Below, piece after piece: positions 42,007 through 61,269 of a DNA stretch of 64,000 nucleotides. Position 1 is the stretch's first letter. Every line of letters begins with the position of its first letter. Position numbers and translations under genes: made by a program. The DNA comes from the human T2T-CHM13v2.0 reference genome, Homo sapiens: the NCBI RefSeq assembly GCF_009914755.1, contig NC_060947.1. One strand, written 5' to 3'. The notes beneath the pieces were generated by a model. The model ran no database searches. It was not told the origin of the DNA and saw only the letters and a program-made list of their open reading frames with translations.

Positions 42007-43649
42007 TAAGCCCTTGTTATCTTAGGCTCCCTGTGAGTATGCTGTGTGGCCCAACACCCTTAATATTCGTAGAAGCTTATTGTTTAGAGGAGACAATCTG
42101 TAAGGCATGTTCTTATGATCCTTATAAGACCTATTGCCTGTCTGAAAGAGCTTATCAGGTACTGCTTTAGATATTTCTCAGGTTTTAACAAAGAATCGTA
42201 CAGTCCCACCCTGTATATGATTTTTTCCCCTGAGGCCTGTTCTGATTTGAGGACCCTTCGCAGGCTGAAAAGACTTATTCTGGATCCTTTACATTTCCTC
42301 CAACTTCTACTTGGACACTTAATGGCCTGTTCTTCAGTTCTTTGTCCTCTCTCAGTTTGGTATCAGCAGCTAAAAGCCAAGCAGCATCCTCAGTGCTCTA
42401 TCTGGAAATCTCCTTAGGTAGATGATGAGGTTTATTAAGTATATTTTCTATTTTCCATGTTACCACAGGAAACAATGTTGGTAAACTTTTCCCCATCCTC
42501 CAGCTTTCCACAGCAATTGCCTTTCTTTCCTCCCAGTCTTCCAACAACCTCCTTGAGGGCCTTCCAGCTTCTGCCTGCTGCCTGGTCCCAAAGATAATGC
42601 CACAACATTTCAGTTTTTGATACAGCATCAATTATCTGTGTAGCTATCTATTACTGCATAATAAATCATCCAACATCTTAGTGGCTTAAAACGATAACAA
42701 GCAGTTCATTATCTCTCACACTTTCTGTGTGTTAAGAATTTGGGAAGATCTCAGCTAGGCAGTTGTGGTTCGGGGTCTCTCCTCTTGGTGCAGTCAGACA
42801 GTAACTGGGGCTGGAACAGCTGGGAGTTGGGCAGGCATCATTCTTTCTTCATGTACTCACAGGGCTTTTCCATGTGATTTCTCCACATGGGCTACTTTGA
42901 GTTCTTCATAGCATGGTGGTCTCAGGGCAGTCAGACAGTTGACATGGTGGCTCATGGTTCCAAGCACACCAGGATTGGAGCTTCATCACTTTTTATGACC
43001 TAGACTTAGAAGTTACTTAGTGTCACTTCCACCAAATTCTGTTGATTAGGAGCAAGTCACAAGCCCACTTAGACTCAAGTGGAGGGGATACAGACCCCAT
43101 GTCTCAATGGAAAGAGTGTCAATGATAATACTGTTAAGAAAAAAGCATATGGGATGGGAGATATTGTTGTGGCTATCTTTGGCAAACACAATATAATACA
43201 GTCTGTGACTTCTATATGACATATGGAAGCATGCAGAGGAGAAAGAAGTGGGAACTGCTTCTCTTCTCTTTGCCTTGCCAACATGCCACTATGCTATCCA
43301 CAGACCAGTTTGAGAGGGCCCTGCAGAATGAGTGTAGGGGATCCCACCAGCTGACCTAAACCATGGCTACTCCATAAAGCTTCCTTTGGAATACTTAGCT
43401 GACATGCAGAATGATACTTATAATTTCATTTTATCCTCAGCATCAGAGCAAAGATTTATTCTGAATCCAAAATTATTTACAAGTATTGCCTTATCTGGGT
43501 AAAACTTGAAAAGTATTTAAAAGAATAATTTTAACTGTATTGGCTAATGGCTGATTTTAGCATAAGTCACCTTCAGTATTTTTTGTCTTGCAAACAGTTT
43601 GGGGTTGAAAAGAAAGACTGCCAGTCATGCATTAAAATATAACCAAGTG

Positions 43650-45210
<1,561 letters not shown>

Positions 45211-45474
45211 AATGGCAGTTGCTCAATAAATAAATCCTGGAAGTTTCTTCTTTAAAAATCAATGATAAAAATATGCTGCACTGAGAAAGAGATAATACAT
45301 TGACATGTTTTTCTTTTGGAAAAATTGCCTTTCACAATCTGCCCAAAATGACACTTTGACAGTTTTAATTCATTTCAGCACATGTCATTAAGCAACAAGG
45401 GGCTATATTTGGTTTAGTTTATTTCAACTTTGTTGTTCTGCAAAGCTCAGTCAGATTCTTCATTCATAATCTTG

Positions 45475-45523
45475 AATGGAAGCCATTTGGGATTTGATAA
45501 TGGAAGCCATTTGGGATTTGATA
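45475..45523. repeat. Perfect 24-bp tandem duplication
   Basis: AATGGAAGCCATTTGGGATTTGAT x2. Confidence 0.95.
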
Positions 45524-48500
45524 GGGGCAAAAACGTACACAAATCAAACCCAGAGACTTTGGAATCAGTTTTAGAATCAGACAGACCTGGATTTGAATCT
45601 CAGCTTCAACATTTATTAGCACTATAACTATAGGAAGCCACATAACTTTTCTTGGCCTCAGTTTCCCCAAGAAATATGTGACTTGAAAGATCAATTCAGT
45701 AACAGGACTGACCATGGTTTTAAGTGAATGGTACAGACTCTTAATAAATGCTATCCATTTATTATTCATGTCTATTCCCAAAGTACCCGTGATACAAAGG
45801 AGGAAATTGAAGCCTTAACAGTTGAAGAAAATTTCCCAAGGCCATTCCTCTTATATCCAGGTTTGTGATTAAGCATCATTCAACCATCATTTGCTTGGGA
45901 GATTTTTTCAGTGAAAACCCACTGTATTTGGACACATATTGCTTCCTAAGACAGACTGGAGAGTCCATTATGTCCTTGCATTGAGTGAGACTCACTACAA
46001 CCTTCAGTTCCAACTGAGAAATTTCCTGTCCCAACAGAAAGGAGGCTCAGTCCAATAAAAAAATCTGGGTGAGAAATGCGATGGAAAGATTTTTAGGAGT
46101 CCTTTTACTTCCTCCTTTCTCAAGAATAAAAGAAAAATTACAAATATAGACTCTGCTAAAATCTTTTCATCTGTAAGTGCCATGTTCTTTAATTATATTG
46201 AAATCATTTGCTTATGACAAACAATTCACTACAATGCAACTCCAGTGAGCTTTAGGTCAATTTCCCATCTAGACAAGAATTATTCTAAACACAGGAATGA
46301 GCAAATTTTACAATAAGTAAAACTGATGCATAAAATACATAAAATTAGATAATAAATTTCAAGCAAATTGCACAGTGCCATGGCAGTGCTTTATACAGCA
46401 GACGGGATTAAGGAGATCTTATCAAAGTGCGATATAAAAATTGCATGTGTTGAAACCTTGACTGGATGATTCATTTTCTGTGAGAATTTAACTAATCAGT
46501 GAATAACAAAAGAGGGTCAGCTAGAAGTGCTTATTGCTCAGTTACTAAAGATGGAAGATGATGGATAATTAATTGAGTTTCTGGCTAATCAGAAGAAATG
46601 GAGAATATATGCCTAAAATTAATTATTTCCTTACTGGAAGGACCTAACTGAGTCTACCTGTAAATATGCTCAACTCAGCTGTGGCTACAGATTGTTCTTT
46701 ATTTTAGTTTCAGTTTATCCATGACTCAAGCTCATTTCATATAGGAATCTTGTCATATTACCATAACATTTTATTCTGAACCTGCTAGAAAGGCAATTAG
46801 TCATTTATTATAACACAAAAAAATTCAAATTGGTTGCAGTTATGTTTTCAGAATCAAAACCATCTCCTTTGATGTGAATACCATAAAGTTCTATATTTAA
46901 AAGGCATTGAATGCATCATAATGGTAAATAAGAAGACCCTTAAACTAGCATTCATACCTCCTGCACATAAAACCTTAAATGGATAATTTTTACTCACAAC
47001 AGGTTTATTTTTGTGGCAGAGAATTTTAAAGAATTGATTAAATTAGCTATAACTATGCTCAGAAGCATAATTTGAAATAGTGTTGAATGAATGAGGAAAG
47101 TATTTTCAAGCATAGGGAAAACCCTCTTAAAATTCCCTTTTGTTCATTATTCAGCAAACATTTATTAAGCCCCCACAGTTTGCATGACGATGTACAATAT
47201 AATGAGATTCTAACCTGACATCCTTCTATTCTAGCTCTGTTAATTGAATGAGTTAATCTTTTTAGCTGTCCATTCACAGTATGTGATGAAAGACTATAGA
47301 AATTAAATGAATGAGTCAATCTGAAAAGACACGTGGACATGTATATTTAAGTTTCCTTTTGTGTGCTAAAAATAGTTTACTACCTACATACCCTTTCTAT
47401 TTCTTTAGGGGCTTCAGAATTTAAAAGAACATTATCTTACTGAGGCGGTGAACTATATGCTTAATCATGAGTTTCTAAAGGTTTATAGAGGTGAGAGCTG
47501 TAATTTGCAAGATTCTGCAGATACGCAAAGGAAAAAAACAGCACAGTAAATTTGAGCAGATAAGGAGAAAGGTATTTTGAGGGGTTGTTTCTATTTCAAT
47601 AGTAACTTTAGACTTAAAAATATAGAATAGGTTGTACATTTTAGAGATGGACATCGGAACTCATCTAGACCAGTGGTTTCCAACATTTTACATTAGAGTC
47701 ACTGGATCTTTAAAAAAAATAGACCCTAAGTTCTCATCCCCAGAGACTGGTCTAGAAAGGGCTGGGAGGGGAGGCAGGCATACATGTATTTGTAAAAGTT
47801 CCCCAGCAGCCAGAGCTGAAACCCACAGATCCCAGCTCAGCCTTGACATTATTGGCATGAGGTCCCTGAGGCTTTGAAAGAATAAGTAGCTTGCCTAAGG
47901 TCAACACAGCTTATAAGCCTTGGAGCAGGCACAGAACAGAAATATCCAAATTCCCAGAGCGGATCTCTCTTTACTAAACCAACTGGCATCATTTCTACTT
48001 CACACTGGTTGAGATCTAATTACCAATTAGTAGTAGTTGGGAAGTCCAAGACTGCCTATAACAAGTCCCCTCCTCCTAATGACCTGTATGTGCTTCCTTT
48101 TCTTGCTAAGCACTGAGTAAGTCTTCAGATAGTTATGAGGACACTGATGACACTGTAATAATTAATATATCCAGTTATTCCACATTTTGAAAGGCTTCAC
48201 TTATTTAAAACTTTTGCATCCATAAAATATTCATATTTTTAAGGCAAAGAAAACAGGTTTAATATTTGAATCTGAGTCCCACTTTAAGTCTTCATTATCG
48301 AGTTTATATAACTGAGCACATGGAAGTACTCCGATGTTAGGCTGGATTTTGTTTGCTGACTTCCTTATATGATAATACCTTTAGTTTGGCCCCTTCCACC
48401 AGATTCTGAAAGTTCCATGCAGATAGAGCCCTTGTCCAACTTCATCAATTGTCTCCCAGCACCTAGTACAATGCTTGTCACAGAGGCAACACTCAACAAT

Positions 48501-48698
48501 TAATGGTTGAATTAAAAATCCTTTATTATATTTTGTTAAGAAATGAGACAGAGTGCCTTTAGCCAACTTGTGTAGGATAATCCCATATAAATAAAAGTAT
48601 GGAAAGATGGCTTTATAAAGTAGTAGTTTTATAGTTACTTTTTAAAGACCTTTGGTCTGATTTTTGTGATATAATGGTCTGATTAAAGGTTACAACTA

Positions 48699-48957
48699 GG
48701 CCGAGGCAGGAAAATCACGTGAGCCCAGGAGTTCAAGACCAGCCTTAGCAACATAGTGGGACCCCGTCTCTACAAAAAGTTAAACAAAAAATTAGCTGGG
48801 CATGGTGGCTCATACCTGTAGTCCCAGCTACTCAGGGGTCTGAGGCGGGAGGATCACTTGAGCCCAGGAGGTTGAGACTGCAGTGAGCCGTGATCATGCC
48901 AGTTCACCCCAGCCTGGGCAACAGAGTGAGACTGTCTCAAAAAATAATAATAATAAA
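48699..48957 (+). mobile_element. 5'-truncated AluJ
   Basis: Starts GGCCGAGGCAGG. TSD AAAGGTTA(C/T)AA(C/T)TA. Confidence 0.9.
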
Positions 48958-50754
48958 GGTTATAATTAATTTTTTATTGGAAGCACTAGGTGCAGTCATT
49001 AATAAAACCTACTAATGTATCAAGCAAATGAGGTTTCTGTTTTCCCACCTGATTTTCCTAGAGATCAAATTTACATGGCGAAGGATGACATGGAATATTT
49101 GGCAATTATTCACACTTGCTATCTCTCCAGCTCAAATTCCAAGTCATTGCCAGGTTGCAATGGAATGTTCAGCCATGTTTAGGGCTGGCTTCACCAGAGA
49201 TACTGTATCACAATGGGCAATGTCGATAAATCAAAAGCCTCAAGGACTGCGTTGAACTCTTCTTCATTTTCAGGCTGCATGTATCTCCCACAAAGGGAGG
49301 TGGCACCTGGGTACTACACTAATTTAGCTAAATGAGCCACATAGAAGCAAATCTGTTCTGCCTTGCAGGTTCTGCAGCTTCCCCTCTGAGCACGTATACT
49401 ATAATCTAATCTACCTATTCTGAAGTCCTTGCACCACTCTTTAAACTGTTACCTGCTCTTTCACTCCCCATTTTGCACATGATCAAGTGTAATTAACTGA
49501 AATAGTTCTTCTCACCTTCCTTACCTCTCCAGGGATCTGCTGTTGAACTTACAAAACTCATTTAAGTACACAAGGTACAAATTGTCCTTGTTGTACCATT
49601 TGAGTTTTACTTAGGCTGTCATTCATATTATAAGTCCTTCATTTAGTATACCTTTTATATGTGGATGAAGACACTACTGACATTCAGTAAGCATTAATGA
49701 AATAAAGTTAATACCAAGTTTCCTTGTCTTTTGGGAAACATAACCATTATTATTATCTGGCAAGATAAAGAGTTTAGTGCCTCTGGTGACTCAGAGGAGT
49801 TGCATGTTATTGTGGAAGGCAGTAATCTAGTTACAGAAGAAGATAATTCAATTGATGGCTGTTTACAGTTAAGTCATTTCAATCCCAGCTTTTCAACCCC
49901 ACCTTTTCAACCCCACCGTTTGACCCCCTCCTTTGACCCAAACACATACCCAGATCCCATACATTTTTCTCTAAGGCTATTTGTCCTTTACACCAAGGAA
50001 TAAATACAATTTTTCAGACTTTTATCTAATTTATGTAGAAATAATCATACAAATATCACTGACATCAGCTAAAATGACACATTTAAATATGGTAGAAATG
50101 ATTCACCAGCCAAATAATCAATGTTAAAAATCAACACTGGAAAAATTAAATTATTAATGAATATTTAATCTCTGCTATATAAATGAGATGAACTAGAGGG
50201 CTGGAGGGGGAACAGGTATATATATAAGGGGCTCACCTTAGATGTAACATCAACATTAAACCTAATGTTAATGGGGGAATTGCGCTGTGAATGAACCACA
50301 ATACTATAGGTTCCTTAGGGCCAGGCACACAGCACAAGCTCAGTAAATGTTTTCTGAATGAATGAATGAATGAATGAATGGTCCTCTTCATAGACTTACA
50401 GTGTAACACTGGGATTTGGAGAACTGCTTTAAAATCTCTATTCATATCTAGGGATTAATAAACTAGATTTTGGGAAAGTCAGTACTGAATATAATGTAGG
50501 TGTTTCTGTTTGTTAATTAATTAAAATGACCACAGTCATTATTCTTACCCTTAATTTCTCAGTCTGAAAAGTTAATCAACTGTATCTGTTCCATGAATAA
50601 TTGAGTTGAACTTGAAAGAGAACTCGCTATTCCAAAAGCCTCCCACACCACCAGTTAACTGTGATTTATCCTTTTACTTCTAAAGAATTTTAAGCATCTT
50701 CCATCTAACTTGACTGACAACCAATCTGTGCTTCCTCTGTCTTTATTCCGTCAG

Positions 50755-51033
50755 GAAGAAGACGTTACTCGTGAAAGTCGTTTTAATTTTAGCGGTTATG
50801 GGATGGGTCACTGCCTCCAAGTGAAAGATGGAACAGCTGTCAAGGCCACACCTGCCAACCCACTCCCACAACCGCCAAAAGATGGAGATGCTATCAAGAA
50901 GAAGTTTGTGGACCGGGCAAAAAGGATTGACACGATATCTCGAGCTGCCTTCCCATTGGCCTTCCTCATTTTCAACATCTTTTACTGGATCACATACAAG
51001 ATCATTCGGCATGAAGATGTCCACAAGAAATAG
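50755..51033 (+). CDS. GLRA2: Glycine receptor alpha-2, last coding exon (exon 9): TM3-TM4 loop, TM4, C-terminus
   Basis: Pyrimidine tract plus TCAG|GAA acceptor, with CTAAC/CTGAC branch-like motifs at 50705-50718. Encodes [22 protein letters not shown]...[42 protein letters not shown] at 51031-51033. In frame with the 11308-11457 exon. Confidence 0.97.
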   Translation, partial: EEDVTRESRFNFSGYGMGHCLQVKDGTAVKATPANPLPQPPKDGDAIKKKFVDRAKRIDTISRAAFPLAFLIFNIFYWITYKIIRHEDVHKK

Positions 51034-51293
51034 ATGTGCCCTACAGACCCTGGGACCTTCTTGCCTCAGTGTTGTGCTTGTAAATACACAGTGAAATTGT
51101 CTTTATATCACTTTGACAGAGGAGAAGATTGAGGGAGGGGGGAGGGAGGGTCATGGGGGTGGGTTTCCTGGCACCTACATGAAAAAAAAGACAAGTTATA
51201 TGGGTGATGAAGAAAACTGCACAAAATTAAGGGGTTGCAGAATCACGGGAGCATAATAATTCCCTTCCATAATCTTTAGCATTGTTCTTTCAG

Positions 51294-51353
51294 TCAGACA
51301 TGATATGCGCAACATTCAGACATGATATGCGCATCATTCAGACATGATATGCG
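51294..51353 (+). repeat. 22-bp unit x2.7 in the GLRA2 3'UTR
   Basis: TCAGACATGATATGCGCA(A/T)CAT at 51294, 51316 and 51338 (partial). Confidence 0.95.
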
Positions 51354-51436
51354 GGGTCAAGTTCTTAAGGGCTGTTTGCCTTTTGGTCCTTTTGGTTTGG
51401 TTTGGCTTTGACTAATTCTGGTACTGAAAAGTTAGC

Positions 51437-51439
<3 letters not shown>

Positions 51440-51478
<39 letters not shown>
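51440..51478 (+). repeat. (CA)19 microsatellite in the 3'UTR
   Basis: Read directly from the sequence. Confidence 0.95.
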
Positions 51479-51482
<4 letters not shown>

Positions 51483-52317
51483 TCAAAAATGCTTAACCAT
51501 CTGACCATAGTGACTAGCCTATAGTGAGTCGAGGACCAAACTTTTTCAGGAAAATGCTGCCTCGTTTTTAAAACAAGCCTCCTAAGCTATGTTCTTTACA
51601 ATGTCTGTAATTAGTGTTTCACTTGAGAAAGCCTTTTGTGGGTCGTAAATTATTTCTACTTATCCAGTAAATAACAATGACAAAATAAACACCAATGACA
51701 GAAAAATTTCTACTTTACTGTCCATATAGGTGTGCATTTTAATATTCTTCTTTCCAAGATAAAATTTTGAAACTTAAATTGTGTATTGTGTAATTAATTT
51801 GATAGTGTACCCTCTTAATAAATGCCCACTTTATTTTATATCCAAGTTAGTGCATTATATATATATTTTTGCTTTGGCTATATTTACACGTGACTTTAAT
51901 CGCCCAACTGTGACTAGTCATTGCAGCTACTCAGCTACAGTATTTATGGAGATGGTGTGTCCTGAACAGTGTAGCTCAGGTCAGCTTGAACTTTCCATTT
52001 CTGCTCTCATTGTAGGTGTAACTACTAGTCCTAATGTCAACTGACCCATGATTTCTACTGTCAGTCAATATAAGTGAACATTGTTTTAAATATCCTTAAC
52101 TAACTTAAAGAATTTTAAAATTGTACTGTGATTTTCATAACCCGTTGCCTTTTTGGTACCAGAGCTACGTGGTTTGAATTCTGGCTACATGTTTTAAGTA
52201 AGAAAAAAAAAGACGTATTTTTGCTTACTCAGATAAAAGACAACCTGTAAAAATATAATAATTAAATTTTACATGTGCTGTACAAGGGGTTATTTTAAAA
52301 AGCATTTGTTCAATTTC

Positions 52318-52370
52318 AATAAAGCTAAGTGTGCCGCAAACTTCTCTAGAGGCTTTCGTTTTCATTTTTG
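52318..52370 (+). terminator. GLRA2: Polyadenylation signal AATAAA with downstream GU/U-rich element
   Basis: AATAAA 52318-52323, candidate CA cleavage site ~15 nt later, GGCTTTCGTTTTCATTTTTG at 52351-52370. Additional upstream AATAAA hexamers at 51684 and 51817. Confidence 0.75.
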
Positions 52371-52390
52371 AATTAAAATGTAGATATTTA

Positions 52391-57222
<4,832 letters not shown>

Positions 57223-57402
57223 AAAATGTAGATTATTTAAATGACAATGATAACTTGGATTTTCGTATCTGGTTTTCCTCATAAGCTTGAAGCAGTTGTA
57301 CAGCTATTATATTATTGATGCATTAGTATCTCCACGAAGAAAGAAAAAATATGTTTTTCTCGTTGTAGAAATAGAGAAATGGAAGTATTAGTGGCCATTG
57401 TG

Positions 57403-57696
57403 AGGCCAGGCATGGTGGCTTATGCCTGTAATCCCAGCACTTTGGGAAGCCAAGGCAGGTGGATCACAAGGTCAACAGATCAAGACCATCCTGGCCAACA
57501 TGGTGAAACCCCGTCTCTACTAAAAATACAAAAAAATTAGCTGGGTGTGGTGGCACACTCCTGTAGTCCCAGCTACTCAGGAGGCTGAGGCGAGAGAATT
57601 GCTTGAACCCAGGAGGTGGAGGTTTCAGTGAGCCGAGATCTTACCACTGCACTCCAGCCTGGCAACAGAGCAAAACTCCAACAACAACAAAAAAAA
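57403..57696 (+). mobile_element. AluSc-like
   Basis: GGATCACAAGGTCAA..GATCAAGACCATCCTGG and short CCTGGC end diagnostics. Confidence 0.9.
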
Positions 57697-60600
57697 GCCA
57701 AGAGCACTGAGGAACCATAAAATCTTAAGGTGAAACGAAACTTAAGTTACCAACCCATTCAGCTACCCATCCTAACTTTGTCAACAATGGAGTTCCAAGA
57801 TGAAAGAAAAATTATGAGAGCCCCTGTGAAGTAGAGGTAATTCGTGTTGACTCCTGTAGATTTTCCTTAACCAAAGATATTAATCAGTATTCTGAGGAAG
57901 ATATGGATTCATAAGACAATGTTTACGGCCTTTTAAACCTATTCAAATATTGAATAATTTTCATATAGAGGAATATTGCAGGGTGGTTAGAAGCTACCAC
58001 TTTTAACTTTACGAGAGCTTTTAGCTACCACCTTTAACCACTTTGGAGATAGGGAGACTAGCTCAGCCACTATCAACAGTGTGACCTTGGATAAATTACC
58101 TGACTTTTCTGAATAGTTGTTTCATAGAGTTTCAAGAGAACTGACTGGAAGTAATGCAGCTAAAGCCATTCGCATGGTGTCTAACACATATTAAATTCTC
58201 AATAACTAAAAGATAATAAAATAATTATTGTTATGAATAGCATTGGTTATCCATTGGGCAAGAAGCTTCACAACGTCTAGCCTTGTCAAGTTCAATGACA
58301 TGCTTTTTGCATCATTTTTAAAATACTGTTTCTGTCTTATTGGTCATTCCTTTCCAGACAAATAAGGTGAAGTGTTTATTCTCAATTCTTTTCCTTTCTC
58401 TGCAAAACAGTAAAATTGAGGCTAACATGCCTCCCAAAGATGGGCCTAACCCCATAAGTATCCCAGGAAGAACCCCAATGCAGCATATGGCAGAGTGGGT
58501 AGGCACTTTAGGGAGAAAATCCTAAGACAATTGATTATGTTTAATCAATGTGTGTGCCATAAAATTTTGGAGGGAGGTACAGTCCTCCCATTAGAAAACT
58601 GAGAAGAGATTCACACCAAAATATATCTGCCAGCCACTAAAGTAGGCAAAGGCGTCTTGGATGGCAAGAGGACTTCTTGACTTTTCTCTGATTCTAGACT
58701 ACATTCAGTGAAATAAACTCTTAAATGCACCAATGTGGGTTATATAAATAAGATGAAATCTCAGAGAAAATATTTTGAGTACCACATATGCTGGTGAAAC
58801 AGATTAATTCCCTTATAACGTTACTGGGGATTTTATTTTGGACATTTTTCTTTTGTGATAGTATTTCAGGGAAAATAGTTCAAAAGTACAATTATGGCTC
58901 TGAGGAAGAGACCTTCTTACCTGTTTTCATTAGATTGGAAGCTTTTGGGAGAAAGTGGCTATGTTTCCACTGGTTATCCGCAATGCCTGCCAAAGCTCAA
59001 ATCCCCAACGGATATTATTACTATCGCTAGAAAAACATTGGTGAAGGAGGATATGCTGTGCCTACTGAAAAAGTCACATAAGTTTTCCCCAACCCAGAAA
59101 TTACAGAAGGTAACTAACTACTGCCATCATTTTTTCAGATAATGGATTACTGGAGGATTTGTCTTTTAAACATTTTTCAATTCCTACCACTTGGTTTTAA
59201 AAACACATAGGGATGACTTAAGGCTTGAGACTCTTTATGGCATTCTCAAATAACTTGGCCCTAAACCGATGCTACAAACCAGACTGGCTGTAGATTTTTA
59301 AAAATCCTTCCAAGCAGCGCTAGCTTTAAGCTCCTCATCTATGCCACTGAACAGGACTGCCAAATTCTAAAAGCGAAATTTCCAATAAAGATTAAATGAA
59401 TATCATTTTACATTTCACTTACTCCATTAATATCAAATAAGAAGGTTCTAACCAAAACACGGCACAAAATTCCATATCATATGATTCACAGCTTTGGAAA
59501 ATAAAAAAATCTATTCAGAATTTTTTTAGGGTTTATGCATTTCCTACTTTAAGCCTAAAGCCAATTTGTGGGATGAATCTAAACCATATGTCTGTCAGAA
59601 ATTCTTTTTTAATCTTTCAACCTCTGCTTTAAACCTTTTCTTATTTTCACCAATTTAGGGTTTTTTAAGTATAATTTGAATGATTCAAGCAATATATTTT
59701 TTCATAGATTATAAAGTAGAAGAATTAAAGATAACACTATAACCTCATATTTACATAGTGTTTTCAAAATATCAACATGTTTAATGCCTATGACAGCATT
59801 TGATCCTAACAACAATCCAAGGTGCCCAGATCACAAAGAGTCAATATACACCCTTTGATCAACAGATAAACAGAAGCTCCATGAATTAAACTCCTTGCCC
59901 AAGATCACCTATCATATTAGAGTTTGAACATCCAGCACAATTTGTTTCTTAACTCCTCAGACTATATACAGTTTCACTATATCCACACTAAGAAAAGAAA
60001 AACCTGGAAAGTAAAAGGTCATGGTACCACTGATCCATGCTCATGAATGACGAAATAAATGTCAAAAGAGAGCCCAGAATATTTCTGTTGAAAATGCTTA
60101 AGAGAAATAATTTAAAATTGTGCATACCGCATTAATAACATCTTCAGAGTCAAGATTTTGTGTGATTGAATGGCCCAAAAGATACAGGAGTTGAAAAAAA
60201 GACCAACAAAATTCCATTTCAAAGGCGTTTATTTTCATTTTTGAAGGAGGGAAAATGACGTTTGCTTTGTTACACATGCTCCCACATGAGAAAAGAGGCA
60301 CTATTTCTACTCTGGGTGCAAATGCAGTTTAAAAATAACAAGTAATATATAGTTTCCCAAGATGATGGAAGCGTGTATTAGATGTTTTTAGACTATGAGC
60401 TAGCATTTAGAAAGGACATTATCACTTTGGCACAAATGATTCATAAGCAGGTAAATGTAGCTTCAAAGAGGAGTGCAAAGCTCTAGGGTGCTCTTTGTGA
60501 AGTGTGTACCACACTGGCCCTCTTGCAGTAGAGCCCAGGGCTGCTCATGGAACAGACAATTTGGTCAGTCCTCATACACACTGAAGTCTCATTAGTAGCT

Positions 60601-61044
60601 CCAGGTCCTCAAAAATGATGAAACCAAGGACAAGGAGACCCTTCACGTGCAAGGATCAGGACTAACCAAGAGTTCATCAAATTCAATGAATAATCATTTC
60701 TTATACTATTTCTGCTTCTTGAGGAGAAATATTTAGGGGCAGGGTAGTAGGGAAGGGAGAAGAGATAAAAGGAAGACAACAGCCAGAAAGGTGTTTTTTT
60801 AGACACAAACCAGATAATGTCACTGTTTTAGTCTTCAATGCCTCCCCATATTACTCAGAGAACAAGCCAGAGTCCTCACTTTGGCCACATGATCTAACTA
60901 CATGATCTCCCATCATGCTCGGCCATACCTTCTCCCTCCAAGCATAGTGGCCACCTTACCAGTGCTTAAACATGCCAAGCACAATTCCACCACAGGTCCT
61001 TTGCACTAGCCAATTCGTCTACCTGGCACCCTCTTTTCCAATAC

Positions 61045-61269
61045 TAGGAGGTTGGCAAAAGTTTTCTTTAAACAGCCAGGTAGTAAATGATTTAGGCTTC
61101 ACAAGCCATACCATCTCTGCTACAACTACTCAGCTCTGCTATTGTAGCATGAAAGCAGCCACAGACATTAAATAAACAAGTGGGTGTGGCTGTGCACCAA
61201 TAAAACTTTATTTACAAAAGCAGGTGGCAGACCAGATTTGGCCTATAGACAGTACATTGCCAATCCCTG
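61045..61269 (+). mobile_element. MER58A (hAT-Charlie)
   Basis: ACAACTACTCAGCTCTGC and AATAAAACTTTATTTACAAAA motifs. Confidence 0.85.

Larger units (their letters stand above)
38999..43200 (-). mobile_element. MaLR provirus: MLT1 LTR (~38999-39589), internal region, MLT1 LTR (~42637-43200), with nested L1/Alu
   Basis: Two similar LTRs share CAGCATGG..GCCTCAGGG and GGGA.ATATTGTTGTGGC.ATCTTTG. MLT1-int junction AATTCACATCCCTCCCACGTGCAAAATA. Confidence 0.75.
51034..52340 (+). other. GLRA2: GLRA2 3'UTR (end approximate)
   Basis: Repeat-poor AT-rich sequence after the stop, ending at AATAAA followed by a U-rich element. Confidence 0.8.

Noticed and set aside
51294-51353. CRISPR-like or other spaced repeat array
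   Set aside because: Units are contiguous with no unique spacers, and the context is a eukaryotic 3'UTR.
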